Source: Rickettsiales bacterium
GTDB taxonomy: Bacteria; Pseudomonadota; Alphaproteobacteria; Rickettsiales; CANDYO01
NCBI GenBank assembly: GCA_965228885.1
Contig: OZ245841.1
Span: forward strand, 1,464,348 to 1,528,347
Direction of reading: 5' to 3'
Length of the DNA stretch: 64,000 nt
How positions within the stretch are numbered: position 1 is the first letter of the stretch; each line of letters begins with the position of its first letter. The notes beneath the pieces were generated by a model. That model worked only from the letters and a program-made list of their open reading frames with translations, searched no databases and was not told the DNA's origin. Shown here in pieces: positions 1 through 10,283 of the stretch. Both the position numbers and the translations under genes were made by a program.

Positions 1-1040
1 TATTCATGATTCCTTTCATAATCTTCAGCTCTGTATATAGTGCCTTTGCAAAAATAAGAGGTAACGCTCTTTCTTTTATGGTGCTATTGCTGGTTTGCAT
101 AGTTTCTTCAAACTTTTTTAGCGTGGGAATAGCTGGTGTTTTTAGTTATTTCATAGTATTTACTGGAGATGTTGTTCTCCATAGACCAGAAACTGCACTT
201 GGAATGGCTCCATTATGGGAGTTATCAATTCCAAAATTAGTACCAAATAATGTGGTGCTTTTATTTTCACTAATTCTTGCTTGCATCAGCTATCCTAAGA
301 TTGAAAAAAGAGCAAATAAACTTGCCAAATTTACAGCAAAAATTGTAGATATATTTTTAAAGAAATTTTTTGTTCCTTTACTACCAATTTTTATTTTTGG
401 ATTTTTATTAAAGCTATTAAGCGATGATATAATTGGCGATGTATTGGCGGTTAACCCTCAAGCCTTCGTCCTTATGATAATTGTATTATTAGTTTATTTA
501 TCTATTATTCTTTATATGGCAGTTATCTTCTACCGCAAAAAAGCTGGAGATATATTACGCAATATTGCAGCACCTTTCATAACTGCATTCACCTGCATGT
601 CCAGCGCTGCAGCCCTTCCATTTTCTATTAAAGCCGCGGAGGCAAACACCAAAAATAAGAATGTTGCAGATGTTGTGATGCCAGCAACTGTGAATATTCA
701 TATGATTGGCGATTCAATCATCATTCCAACCATGGCAATGATTCTACTTATGGCTTTTGGTCACACAATGCCAGACCCACAAACCTATTTGATATTTGCT
801 ATGACTTTTGTTATCACAAAATTCTCGGGAGCAGGAGTTCCAGGCGGAAGTATTTTGGTTATGATTCCAGTGCTGGAAAGCTGCTTAGGATTCACAGCAG
901 AAATGACAGCTCTAATAACTATATGCTATATGCTATTAGACCCCATCTGTACTTCTGGTAATGTAACAGGAAATAACTTATTTGTTATTCACTTTAATAA
1001 ATTATATGGTTGGATAACTAAGAAAAGCAAAAAGATCTAA
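1..1040 (+). CDS. dicarboxylate/amino acid:cation symporter (DAACS family), 5'-truncated by window edge
   Basis: Multi-TM protein with FTCMSSAAALP, ATVNIHMIGD and GAGVPGGS motifs typical of GltP/SstT symporters; first TM segments missing. Confidence 0.85.
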   Translation, partial: FMIPFIIFSSVYSAFAKIRGNALSFMVLLLVCIVSSNFFSVGIAGVFSYFIVFTGDVVLHRPETALGMAPLWELSIPKLVPNNVVLLFSLILACISYPKIEKRANKLAKFTAKIVDIFLKKFFVPLLPIFIFGFLLKLLSDDIIGDVLAVNPQAFVLMIIVLLVYLSIILYMAVIFYRKKAGDILRNIAAPFITAFTCMSSAAALPFSIKAAEANTKNKNVADVVMPATVNIHMIGDSIIIPTMAMILLMAFGHTMPDPQTYLIFAMTFVITKFSGAGVPGGSILVMIPVLESCLGFTAEMTALITICYMLLDPICTSGNVTGNNLFVIHFNKLYGWITKKSKKI

Positions 1041-1051
1041 ATTATTAAACA

Positions 1052-1077
1052 GCAGTATAATATATATGCTATACTGC
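1052..1077 (+). terminator. hairpin after symporter, possible terminator
   Basis: GCAGTATA...TATACTGC inverted repeat 11 bp after the stop; weak U-tract. Confidence 0.35.
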
Positions 1078-1388
1078 ACCACTATTTTGTTGACAGAAAT
1101 TAATAACTTTATTGAAACACTAAATCATATTTGCAGCACTAATAGTAGAGCCTTTTACAAAATATGTCTATATTTATTTAATAGCCCTAATTAATTTTTA
1201 TCATTTTTTATTGACTTCCATTATTGCCTATGTTATTAATAAACATTAATCTATATTGAGTAAAAGTTAATAAATAAACTAGGCGAGCCATAAAAGTCAA
1301 TTAATAATAAAAAGATATAGTCCTGATTTCATAGGTTATGACAACTGTCTATAAACATAAAACAACTAAAAGTACTAGGAGAAAATTA

Positions 1389-2135
1389 ATGTCTGATAAC
1401 AAAATTCAAGATAAAAATCTTATAGAATCACCAAATGAAAAAATAAAAAGCTTGAACAAACAAGTAAAAGATCTTGGTATACAAGTTACCACACTTACAG
1501 AAGAGACCTCTAACTTAGAAACACAAGTTACAACTTGTACAGCAGAAAAAGGAAACTATGATGCAGAAGTTTTAGCTCTAAATGCTCGAGTTACAATTAT
1601 TCAAGAAGAGCAAATAAAGCTATCAAAAACTATTGATGATATAAATGAATATATTATATCTACACCTAGCTCAGCCGAAGAATTATTATCTTATAGCAAT
1701 GATGATTTAGAAGAAAACAACTCTTGCCAGAATAATGGCTGGTTAAGTGATAATATATTTTGTCCTATTTCAAATAAAATGAATGAATTCTGGGAGCCTC
1801 TTCCAACTTGGGGAAAATTCTCTGTAGTTACAATTGCCATAACTGGAGTTATATTAATCACCTATTTTTTATTACCAACTTCAGAACAAACATTTAACGT
1901 AGAATCTGCACAAACATATAGAGAAGGAATAGAAGCGCAAGCAGCGGGACTAGAAAGGGTGAGTCTTCTAAATAAACATTGGACAGAAAAGTATCCTGAA
2001 TATCCAGATTTTGCAGAAAATTGGACTAAATATTTCATTAGCGTAGCTAAAGATATGACAGAATCACAGAAGGATGAAGAGATAAATGATTTGATAAAGT
2101 TCACCGATAATCTGTTTGACGCTTGGGTAGAGTAA
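1389..2135 (+). CDS. hypothetical coiled-coil protein with one TM helix
   Basis: AGGAGA RBS before ATG 1389; heptad-rich N-half; TM FSVVTIAITGVILITYFLL. Confidence 0.65.
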   Translation: MSDNKIQDKNLIESPNEKIKSLNKQVKDLGIQVTTLTEETSNLETQVTTCTAEKGNYDAEVLALNARVTIIQEEQIKLSKTIDDINEYIISTPSSAEELLSYSNDDLEENNSCQNNGWLSDNIFCPISNKMNEFWEPLPTWGKFSVVTIAITGVILITYFLLPTSEQTFNVESAQTYREGIEAQAAGLERVSLLNKHWTEKYPEYPDFAENWTKYFISVAKDMTESQKDEEINDLIKFTDNLFDAWVE

Positions 2136-2172
2136 TGTTTAATTTTATATTAATGCAAGAGGTGATGATTTA

Positions 2173-4686
2173 ATGAAAAGATCGTTAGAAACAAGTGAAA
2201 AATCGACAAAAAAACCTAAAATCTCTTTAGAGCCAGATGTTAGTGAGCTAGGAGATTCAGATTCTGAAATGCAGTCATCGTTAGAAATAGACGTTCGTGA
2301 GATGAGAGCTTCAGATTTAGAAGGTATGCCATCTGGAATGCAGTCATCATTAGAGCTAGACGTTCGTGAGACGAAAGCTTCAGATTTAGAAGGTATGCCA
2401 CCTAAAATGCAGTCATCATTAATAAAACTTGCGTCTGCTCAAAAATCTTATGTTGCTCTTTCAAATAGAAACTCATTAAACTCAGAATTGAGATCAGCTG
2501 AGCAAGAGCTTGAAAAAGCTTATTTAGCCATTAGGGATCTTTTTTTTGATACTGATAATTATTCCTTGACGTCTGTTGCAAAGCTTCTGCAACTTGGTTT
2601 TGATCCTAATATAGAAAATTCTAGAGGTGCTACTACATTACTTCAAGTCTTGTCTAATATCTTGGTACTTCCATTTCAATTTGATGATAAACGATATCCA
2701 TATCATCCAGGGTTTATAGAACAAGAAGAATTGGATATTAAAATGAAAATAATAGAAGAATCTGAAAAAATATCCAAACTATTATTCAAATATAGCAGTA
2801 TAGAAGCGAGTGATATTTATAATTTTTATTATGAGAGTTGTTTAGAGGTGGATATAAGTAAGAATGGAAGGGAGACTATATGTTGTCCCATGGAAATGTG
2901 TCTAATAAGACTTGGTGAAAAAGCATTTAAAATATGTATGAATCTAAATATTTCACCTCAAATATCAAGCATATTTTATACCTCGGAACAAATAGAAATA
3001 TCGGCTAATTATGGAGAAGAGTACGAAGGGTTTACGGTAGAAGAGGAGGACATAATAGACTCAGTCTTGAGTGGGAGTGAGATGATTACAATGGAAGAGG
3101 GTGCTCAAACTGTTATAAACAAAGTAATATCTATTACAAAACATTTTGGATGTTTTGTATCTAGTTTCTGGAAAGCAGAAATGAATGATGATAAAAAAAT
3201 TACAGATTATAGGCGGGAGCATCATTTTATAGGCCTGTTTAAACATTATTATTATAAAGGTTTTCCTAGCTATGATCCTACAGAAAATACAGTAGAAAAA
3301 AATGACAAATTACTAAAAAAATTATTTGGTGATATGTCTGATTTATGCAGCACCCTTGATATAGCATATAAATCTGAAATGGGTATTACTTTATTCCCCT
3401 CTGAGATAAAATTCAAAAAATCGGAACACTATGTAGAAGAAGCAGCGAAAGAACAGGCTACTCTTGCTCAAGAACAACTGGCCGCAATAAGATCTTTTAT
3501 TCCAGCCGTCGTCAGCTCTAAACTAAAACAAAACGATAAAATTATAGAAGCTGAAAAATCTGCAACAAAATGTCTAGATTGTGATGACATGCTAAAGTAT
3601 ATCATAAAATTTTTACCCAGAAATGAACTTAATAAAATTACCTACGCCCGTAAGGAAGTTCAAGAAAGTAAAAATCTCCTTAAAAATAAGATAAGTTCCA
3701 TAGAAAGTAAAGGTTATTCTGTACAAGATGTATCAGGCGATGGAAATTGTTTTTTTCATGCGGTGGCGTTAGCTTTACAAGACTCAAATTATAATGCTGC
3801 CGGTTTAAGAGCCATGGCAATAGATTATATATTAAATCACCCAGAACAGTTTCAAGGATTTGTAGAACATAATTTAGATGCTTACGTTGATGATATGGTA
3901 GGAGATGGCACTTGGGCAGATAACCAAGTTATTCAAGCTTTGTCTTTAGCATTAAACCGTCCTATAACCATCTTTCATATAAATGGAAGAGAAATTAACA
4001 TCAATGATTCTATAGAAAACTCTGATATTCATCTTTTATACACTGGTAATCATTATATGTCGATCACACCAACAACACATAATCCTTCAGAAGAAGTTAC
4101 TATAGAGCGATCTTCACATACTGTTGATGATTTCACTACTGTTCTAATGCAATCCAGCAGCACTACCAGTGAGGAAGCAACACAAGATATAGAGTCTATG
4201 CATAGTAAATTAGCAAAGTCTAATCAACTAGAGTTCTCTGTAGATCAAGGAATAAGTTCTATTATTGAAAATATGTTTGGTTCAGGCCAAAACTCTCTTG
4301 ATGATTTAATTGGCACTAAAGAATCCTATGCTCTAGAGGCAAGTAATAGAGGCTTTTTTGATTCATTTGGGAATGTAGTTGATTATTTAAGCAACAAACT
4401 GAGTTCCTTATTAGATATAGAAGTTGAAGGCAGCGCAGTTGAAGCAACCGTATTACAATTACAAGCGCTATTGACTATGGCTGGCAGTGGAAATATGCCA
4501 ATGGGAATACCAAATCGTTATAATCCAGATGATGACGATGGTGACTTTGAGCCTTATTTTGGTGGTGGAAATGGTGGAATTGTGTCATTTGATAATACCC
4601 CTGAATTACCTCAAAATATTCAGATAGTTACAATCCTAGGTAATGGCACTCTGGTTGTTGCTGAAGACTCACACAATACTCAATAA
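2173..4686 (+). CDS. candidate effector: ankyrin-like + F-box-like + OTU deubiquitinase
   Basis: OTU motifs DVSGDGNCFFHAV, GTWAD and LLYTGNHY; ankyrin-like LLQLGFDPNIENSRGATTLL; F-box-like DDMLKYIIKFLPRNELNKI. Confidence 0.8.
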   Translation: MKRSLETSEKSTKKPKISLEPDVSELGDSDSEMQSSLEIDVREMRASDLEGMPSGMQSSLELDVRETKASDLEGMPPKMQSSLIKLASAQKSYVALSNRNSLNSELRSAEQELEKAYLAIRDLFFDTDNYSLTSVAKLLQLGFDPNIENSRGATTLLQVLSNILVLPFQFDDKRYPYHPGFIEQEELDIKMKIIEESEKISKLLFKYSSIEASDIYNFYYESCLEVDISKNGRETICCPMEMCLIRLGEKAFKICMNLNISPQISSIFYTSEQIEISANYGEEYEGFTVEEEDIIDSVLSGSEMITMEEGAQTVINKVISITKHFGCFVSSFWKAEMNDDKKITDYRREHHFIGLFKHYYYKGFPSYDPTENTVEKNDKLLKKLFGDMSDLCSTLDIAYKSEMGITLFPSEIKFKKSEHYVEEAAKEQATLAQEQLAAIRSFIPAVVSSKLKQNDKIIEAEKSATKCLDCDDMLKYIIKFLPRNELNKITYARKEVQESKNLLKNKISSIESKGYSVQDVSGDGNCFFHAVALALQDSNYNAAGLRAMAIDYILNHPEQFQGFVEHNLDAYVDDMVGDGTWADNQVIQALSLALNRPITIFHINGREININDSIENSDIHLLYTGNHYMSITPTTHNPSEEVTIERSSHTVDDFTTVLMQSSSTTSEEATQDIESMHSKLAKSNQLEFSVDQGISSIIENMFGSGQNSLDDLIGTKESYALEASNRGFFDSFGNVVDYLSNKLSSLLDIEVEGSAVEATVLQLQALLTMAGSGNMPMGIPNRYNPDDDDGDFEPYFGGGNGGIVSFDNTPELPQNIQIVTILGNGTLVVAEDSHNTQ
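2269..2421 (+). repeat. 69-bp (23-aa) intragenic tandem repeat, 2.2 copies
   Basis: ATGCAGTCATC recurs at 2269, 2338 and 2407; MQSSLE.DVRE..ASDLEGMP. Confidence 0.9.
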
Positions 4687-4787
4687 ATTAAAGATAACTA
4701 TTTGATTCATTAGAGTGTCTCTTCTTTATAATCAGACTTAGAATGCATAATAAATTAATTCTTAATTAAAAGAGCATAGGAAGAACT

Positions 4788-5894
4788 ATGGGAAACCCAA
4801 CTAAATCAAATTCTATCGGAGAATGTAGCAAAGCAGCAAAAATATGTAAAAAAGCATTAGATAAAGCCCTTGCTAATAGCAATAATTACCAAGAAACATA
4901 TTATTCTGGAATGGGAAAAATTTTAGATAAACTTTATGCTTCAACTAAAATAGGTTTTGAATGTCGTCCTTATATTATGTGGGATTTACATAAATCATAT
5001 ATTGGAGAGAGCTCTAAAAACTCTATAATGATGAAATCATTTCAATATGCAGCAGCTACCGAAGCAGGACATCAATATTATAAAATAAATAGAGAATTGC
5101 TAGGCGGGAAAAGAACCCATGATAGCTTAACTTATAAAGATTTAGATCTCTATGCCCAAAAAATGGCTATCTCCTCCAAGCATAATACCAAAAGCACTGA
5201 AACTAAACTTAAGCAAGTGAATGGAATTTGGCTTACAAATAAAAATTCCCCAAGAGAAATCCATAAAGACGATATTAAATCTTTAATAGCTCAAAAAAAA
5301 TTCTTTGAAAATGATGGTCAATGGTCTCATGTTGTATGGACTAATGATAAATCACTTATACCTAAATCAGTTAAATATTTAGAAAAACATAATATAGAAG
5401 TTAGATCTATTTATGACTATAAAGACGAACTTAAATTATTTGATGAAATTATAAAATTGATTGATGTAAATAAACTTGGCATGGCCTCTGACACATTACG
5501 CTGTTCAATAACCTACTTGCAAGGAGGTGTTTATGCAGATATTAATTATAAGTTCCTTCAGAAAATAGATCAATATTGTAGTAAATATGATATGTTTTCG
5601 GCTGATCATCAGAATAATTTATTTTGTGTCAAGAAAGAACATATAGTTATAAAAGAAACATTAAATGGAATGGAATCTCTCCTTAAAAGCCATCCTAAAT
5701 ATTTAAAAAATGGTGATGATCAACCTATTCAAACAATTTACTCTCAATATTACAATGCAATGATTAAGTATTCGAATGATGAAGGAAATATAGATTTTTA
5801 TTATGACTATTACGATGCTCATGGGATAAAGGATGAAGGCCCTATAGGCGAAGATAACGCAGGGACTACATCCTTAACATGGACAGAATTGTAA
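4788..5894 (+). CDS. DxD-type glycosyltransferase (GT32/TcdA-TcdB-like sugar-binding region), DxN variant
   Basis: GIWLT, VVWTND, ASDTLRCSITYLQGGVYADIN. Confidence 0.7.
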   Translation: MGNPTKSNSIGECSKAAKICKKALDKALANSNNYQETYYSGMGKILDKLYASTKIGFECRPYIMWDLHKSYIGESSKNSIMMKSFQYAAATEAGHQYYKINRELLGGKRTHDSLTYKDLDLYAQKMAISSKHNTKSTETKLKQVNGIWLTNKNSPREIHKDDIKSLIAQKKFFENDGQWSHVVWTNDKSLIPKSVKYLEKHNIEVRSIYDYKDELKLFDEIIKLIDVNKLGMASDTLRCSITYLQGGVYADINYKFLQKIDQYCSKYDMFSADHQNNLFCVKKEHIVIKETLNGMESLLKSHPKYLKNGDDQPIQTIYSQYYNAMIKYSNDEGNIDFYYDYYDAHGIKDEGPIGEDNAGTTSLTWTEL

Positions 5895-5963
5895 AAACTG
5901 TATTTTAGCGCCACTTCATATGCTATTATAACTCATCTATAATAATTTTAGAATGGCCTAACA

Positions 5964-6503
5964 ATGACAGAATCCTTTTCACATAAAGATATCCTAGATT
6001 TTTGGTTTGCAAAAGAAAATAAGCCAAAATGGTTTATTGCAGATAATGAGTTTGATCAATTAATCAAAGATAATTTTTCCAATATACATAAGAAAGCAAG
6101 CAATGGCAAATTATCCTCTTGGCGTAATTCTCCAGAGACTATTCTGGCATTAATTATAATCCTTGATCAATTCTCTAGAAATATGTTTAGGGGGTCTCAT
6201 TTAAGCTTTGCCAATGATAAAAAAGCTTTAGAATATACCAAAGAAGCATTATCAAAAGAATTTGATAAACAACTTGCCAATGATGATTTGCGCCATTTCT
6301 TATATATGCCACTTATGCATAGTGAAAACATGGATGATCAAATTCTAAGCGTAAAATTATTTTCTTTTCTCCCTCACATTTTACCATATGCCCAACAACA
6401 TATGGAAGTAATCCAAAGATTTGGAAGATTCCCTACTAGGAATAAAGCGCTCAACAGGAAATCCACTCCTGAAGAAACAAGATTTTTACAGAAAGCTAAT
6501 TAG
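5964..6503 (+). CDS. DUF924 family protein
   Basis: ILDFWF, IIILDQFSRNMFRG, FLYMPLMHSE, RFGRFPTRN. Confidence 0.9.
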   Translation: MTESFSHKDILDFWFAKENKPKWFIADNEFDQLIKDNFSNIHKKASNGKLSSWRNSPETILALIIILDQFSRNMFRGSHLSFANDKKALEYTKEALSKEFDKQLANDDLRHFLYMPLMHSENMDDQILSVKLFSFLPHILPYAQQHMEVIQRFGRFPTRNKALNRKSTPEETRFLQKAN

Positions 6504-6554
6504 TATAGTCTATAAATATAATATCTATTTCTAACTTTATTCTTAACACTCATC

Positions 6555-8603
6555 CTAGTAATCCTGCAGTTTCATCCATTCATTTTCAGATAAAATATTA
6601 AGGCCCAGATCTTGAGCCTTAGTTAATTTAGATCCAGCTTCGCTTCCCACCACAACATAATCTAAATTCTTAGAAACACTGCTTAAAACTTTCATCCCCA
6701 GGCTTTCAGCTTTAGCTTTAGCTTCTGCGCGGCTCATTTGCTCTAAGTTACCTGTAAAAATAATAGTCTTTCCGCTCAAAGATGTTTGTCTTTCATTTTC
6801 AATATAATCTTCAATTCTCACTAAATCTTTTAACTGATCGATAATTTGACAATTCACTTTATCAACAAAAAACTCACCTATCATAAATATGGTTTTTCCA
6901 CCAACTCCATCAATATTATTTAAAAAATCTTCAGAATCTTGATCATTATTAGATATAGAAATCATCATGGAATACCAATTGTCAAAGCTTTGGTGATTCT
7001 TAGCCAGCAGCTTAGCTGTTACGCTTCCAACTGAGCGAATTCCTAAGCTATAGATAAATCGAGCCAGACTAATATCTTTTGATTTCTCAATAGAAGCTAA
7101 GAGATTCACTACCGATTTCTCACCCCAACCATCAAAAGTTTTTAAATCCTGACTATGATCATTAAGCCTAAATATATCCGCAGGAGATTTAACATATCCC
7201 TTCTCAATTAAAAAAGCCAATTGCTTTTCCCCAAGACCATCAATGTCAAAAGCATTCTTGCTAACAAAATGACATAAATGCTCTAGACTCTGTGCAGGAC
7301 ATGCAAGCCCACTTGGGCAGCGAACCACCGATTCTTCCTCTTCACGAATTGCTTTACTGCCACATGAAGGACATTCTTCTGGCAAATGGAATCGAACATT
7401 ATCTTCAGGGCGCAAATCCATTTTCACCTCCACAACTTGGGGAATCACATCCCCAGCGCGCTGAACAACAACTACATCCCCTATTCTGATATCTTTTCTA
7501 TCTATCTCATCTTGATTATGCAAACTAGCCCTAGAAACCAACACCCCACCAATATTAATTGGCTCTAACTCTGCTACCGGGGTTAAAGCACCTGTTCTTC
7601 CAACTTGCACTGTAATGTTAAGCAATTTAGTATTTGCCCTTTCTGCAGGAAATTTATGAGCAATAGCCCAACGAGGATTCTTGCCAACAAAACCTAGACG
7701 TTCTTGAAGCTTCAAATCATTAACTTTATAAACCATTCCATCAATATCAAAATCCATTTTGCTTCTATATTGCTCAATCTCTTGATAAAACTCCATTAGT
7801 TGATCTAATGAATTACATAGCTTATATCTAGGATTCACTGATAACCCAAGTGAGACAAAATAATCTAATAATTCACTCTGCTTAAAAACTTTAACATCAG
7901 CCTCCCCTATTGCATATGCAAAGTATCGCAAATTCCTACCGGCTGTAATAGAGCTATCTAGCTGGCGAAGTGAACCAGAAGCTGCATTTCTAGGGTTAGC
8001 AAAGATAGACACACCCTTTTCTTCTTGCAGCTTATTTAAAGCATAGAAATCTTCATGGGTCATATAAATCTCTCCACGAATTTCTAACACTCCTTGATGA
8101 TTTATATTGGAAGGAAAATTCAGCACTTGTTTAATATTGTCGGTTATATCTTCACCCACATATCCATCACCACGAGTGGCTGCATGGATCAATTCACCAT
8201 CTTCAAATCTAGCTGCAAAAGATAAACCATCTATTTTTGTTTCACAGCAAAATTCTGGACAATGATTGATATTTAAAAAACGCTGTAATCTCTCAATAAA
8301 ATCCTGTAAATCTTTTTCATTAAAGACATTCCCTAAAGATAACATCGGCTTACTATGGGTAATTTTCTTAAATTTACTAACAATAGGACTGATAACCTGA
8401 CTAGGGCTATCATCTAATACTAAATTGGGAAACTTCTTTTCAAGTTGAAGATTTAGTTGAAATAATTTGTCATATTCTGCATCAGTAATTACTGGATTGT
8501 TTTTTTCATAATATTGTTGGTTATGATATTTTATGGCCTTGGCCAATCTTTCTAGTTCTAATTTTGCTTCTTTTTCAGTTAATTGATCAGGTGTTTTAAA
8601 CAT
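6555..8603 (-). CDS. ligA: NAD-dependent DNA ligase
   Basis: KIDG adenylation motif, TRGDG, Zn finger, HhH, C-terminal BRCT; start at ATG 8603 or TTG 8621. Confidence 0.97.
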   Translation of the reverse strand: MFKTPDQLTEKEAKLELERLAKAIKYHNQQYYEKNNPVITDAEYDKLFQLNLQLEKKFPNLVLDDSPSQVISPIVSKFKKITHSKPMLSLGNVFNEKDLQDFIERLQRFLNINHCPEFCCETKIDGLSFAARFEDGELIHAATRGDGYVGEDITDNIKQVLNFPSNINHQGVLEIRGEIYMTHEDFYALNKLQEEKGVSIFANPRNAASGSLRQLDSSITAGRNLRYFAYAIGEADVKVFKQSELLDYFVSLGLSVNPRYKLCNSLDQLMEFYQEIEQYRSKMDFDIDGMVYKVNDLKLQERLGFVGKNPRWAIAHKFPAERANTKLLNITVQVGRTGALTPVAELEPINIGGVLVSRASLHNQDEIDRKDIRIGDVVVVQRAGDVIPQVVEVKMDLRPEDNVRFHLPEECPSCGSKAIREEEESVVRCPSGLACPAQSLEHLCHFVSKNAFDIDGLGEKQLAFLIEKGYVKSPADIFRLNDHSQDLKTFDGWGEKSVVNLLASIEKSKDISLARFIYSLGIRSVGSVTAKLLAKNHQSFDNWYSMMISISNNDQDSEDFLNNIDGVGGKTIFMIGEFFVDKVNCQIIDQLKDLVRIEDYIENERQTSLSGKTIIFTGNLEQMSRAEAKAKAESLGMKVLSSVSKNLDYVVVGSEAGSKLTKAQDLGLNILSENEWMKLQDY

Positions 8604-9339
8604 CTTTATCGAATCTTTCAATTATTTCTAATAACTCTTGCATAACCTTTTCTATGAGCTCTGCATCACTTCCTCTTAAAACCAACGTGGTGCTCCATTT
8701 ATTATTTTTTTTGGATGGATAACTCCCCATTTCAATCTTTGGATATTTCTCTTGCAAAAGCCCAAAATCTCCAGCAATTTTACCTTCAGATATATCTGTT
8801 ACAACAGATTTAGAAATAATTGGCTTGCCTTTTTGAAGATGTTTTTTAGCTTCTTCAAACATTGCTTGCATAATGTAGGGAACGCCAGCCATCACAAAAA
8901 CATTATCCAATTTAAAACCTGGGGCCCCCGTTGCATGATTAAACAAAGGAACAGCTCTTTTGGGCATATAGCACATTTTTATATGATCTTCTCTAAGTTC
9001 TCTATTAATCTCTTTTGCATGTTTCTCCATCATTTCTTTAGCATATTTATGGAGAATAAACTCGTCACCAAAAGCCTTAGCCATAGTCTTAGCAGTTATA
9101 TCATCATGAGTTGGTCCAATACCTCCAGTTGTGAACACATAAGTATATTTTTCTCTTAAGTGATTAACCACAGATATTATATCTTCTTCCACGTCAGGTA
9201 TCACTCGAACTTCTTTTAACACAATACCAAATTCTGCTAAACCTAGAGCTATATGCTGCACATTAACGTCCTGAGTTTTACCTGATAAAATCTCATTACC
9301 AATAATAATAATCGCTGCATCAAGAGTTTCTAAATTCAT
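8596..9339 (-). CDS. CinA-like molybdopterin-binding domain protein
   Basis: IIGNEILSGKTQDVN, TTGGIGPTHDDIT, MAGVP. Confidence 0.9.
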   Translation of the reverse strand: MNLETLDAAIIIIGNEILSGKTQDVNVQHIALGLAEFGIVLKEVRVIPDVEEDIISVVNHLREKYTYVFTTGGIGPTHDDITAKTMAKAFGDEFILHKYAKEMMEKHAKEINRELREDHIKMCYMPKRAVPLFNHATGAPGFKLDNVFVMAGVPYIMQAMFEEAKKHLQKGKPIISKSVVTDISEGKIAGDFGLLQEKYPKIEMGSYPSKKNNKWSTTLVLRGSDAELIEKVMQELLEIIERFDKDV

Positions 9340-9488
9340 AGTTTTACCCCAATAAATCTTCGTATTTATAATAATATATCATATGGGTAAAACCACAATA
9401 GATAAGATCATTTATAACATTTATTATTGATTAATCACCCCAAGATGATTATATAATATTACAATGAGAGATCCTCTGAAGAACAAAT

Positions 9489-10283
9489 ATGGCAAAGTAT
9501 TTTTTTAATGATGAATGGAAAGACTGGATCTGGTCTAATATAAAAAAAGGTGTAAGTAAACAAAGAATATATAATGACCTAGTCGCTCAAGATTATGATG
9601 TATTCACCATTATCAGCGAATTAAGATTCATCCCTGATATTTTACGCAAACAAGACGCAATAAATTACAATCACGTGATCAACAACCTAAAAAATTCAGG
9701 TGCAATAGAATTAAACGCACCTATTCCTTTCTTTATTCTTCCAGAATTTATTTCAAAAACAGAATGTCAAAAAATCATTGAAATGCAAAAAGAAAGAAAT
9801 ACTCGCTCTACAACTGGTGACAATAATGAACGCAAAGTTAATGAAAAAAGAATTAGTCTCTCCACTTTTTTTGAACTAGATGAAACTCCAGCTCATTCAG
9901 TAATTCAATCAGTAAAACAAAAGATACTGTCAACCACCGGTATCCCCACTCAATATTCAGAGAAAATACAAGGACAATGGTATAAAGAAAACGGATTTTA
10001 TAATGATCATTATGATGCTTATGATGACTATAATAAATTCCAGAACCATTCTGGGAATAGAACCTGGACATGTATCATAACATTAAATGATGTGGAAGAA
10101 GGTGGAGAAACTTATTTTCCAAAGTTAAATAAGAGTTTCCCCCCCCAAACAGGCCAAGCCTTAATTTGGTATAATCTAAATGAATATGGACTGGCACATC
10201 CATTAACTTTGCATACAGGCAAGCCCGTAATAAAAGGAGAAAAATTCATTATAACGCAGTGGTTTAGACAAGAGTCATTATAA
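9489..10283 (+). CDS. prolyl 4-hydroxylase-like 2OG-Fe(II) oxygenase
   Basis: HYD iron motif, RTWT..LNDVEEGGETYFP, LHTGKPVIKGEK. Confidence 0.88.
   Translation: MAKYFFNDEWKDWIWSNIKKGVSKQRIYNDLVAQDYDVFTIISELRFIPDILRKQDAINYNHVINNLKNSGAIELNAPIPFFILPEFISKTECQKIIEMQKERNTRSTTGDNNERKVNEKRISLSTFFELDETPAHSVIQSVKQKILSTTGIPTQYSEKIQGQWYKENGFYNDHYDAYDDYNKFQNHSGNRTWTCIITLNDVEEGGETYFPKLNKSFPPQTGQALIWYNLNEYGLAHPLTLHTGKPVIKGEKFIITQWFRQESL

Noticed and set aside
5880-5894. C-terminal WTEL as a KDEL-like signal, and PIGED as a tail motif, in the glycosyltransferase
   Set aside because: Terminal Trp region is plausibly part of the GT active site; no ER signal peptide
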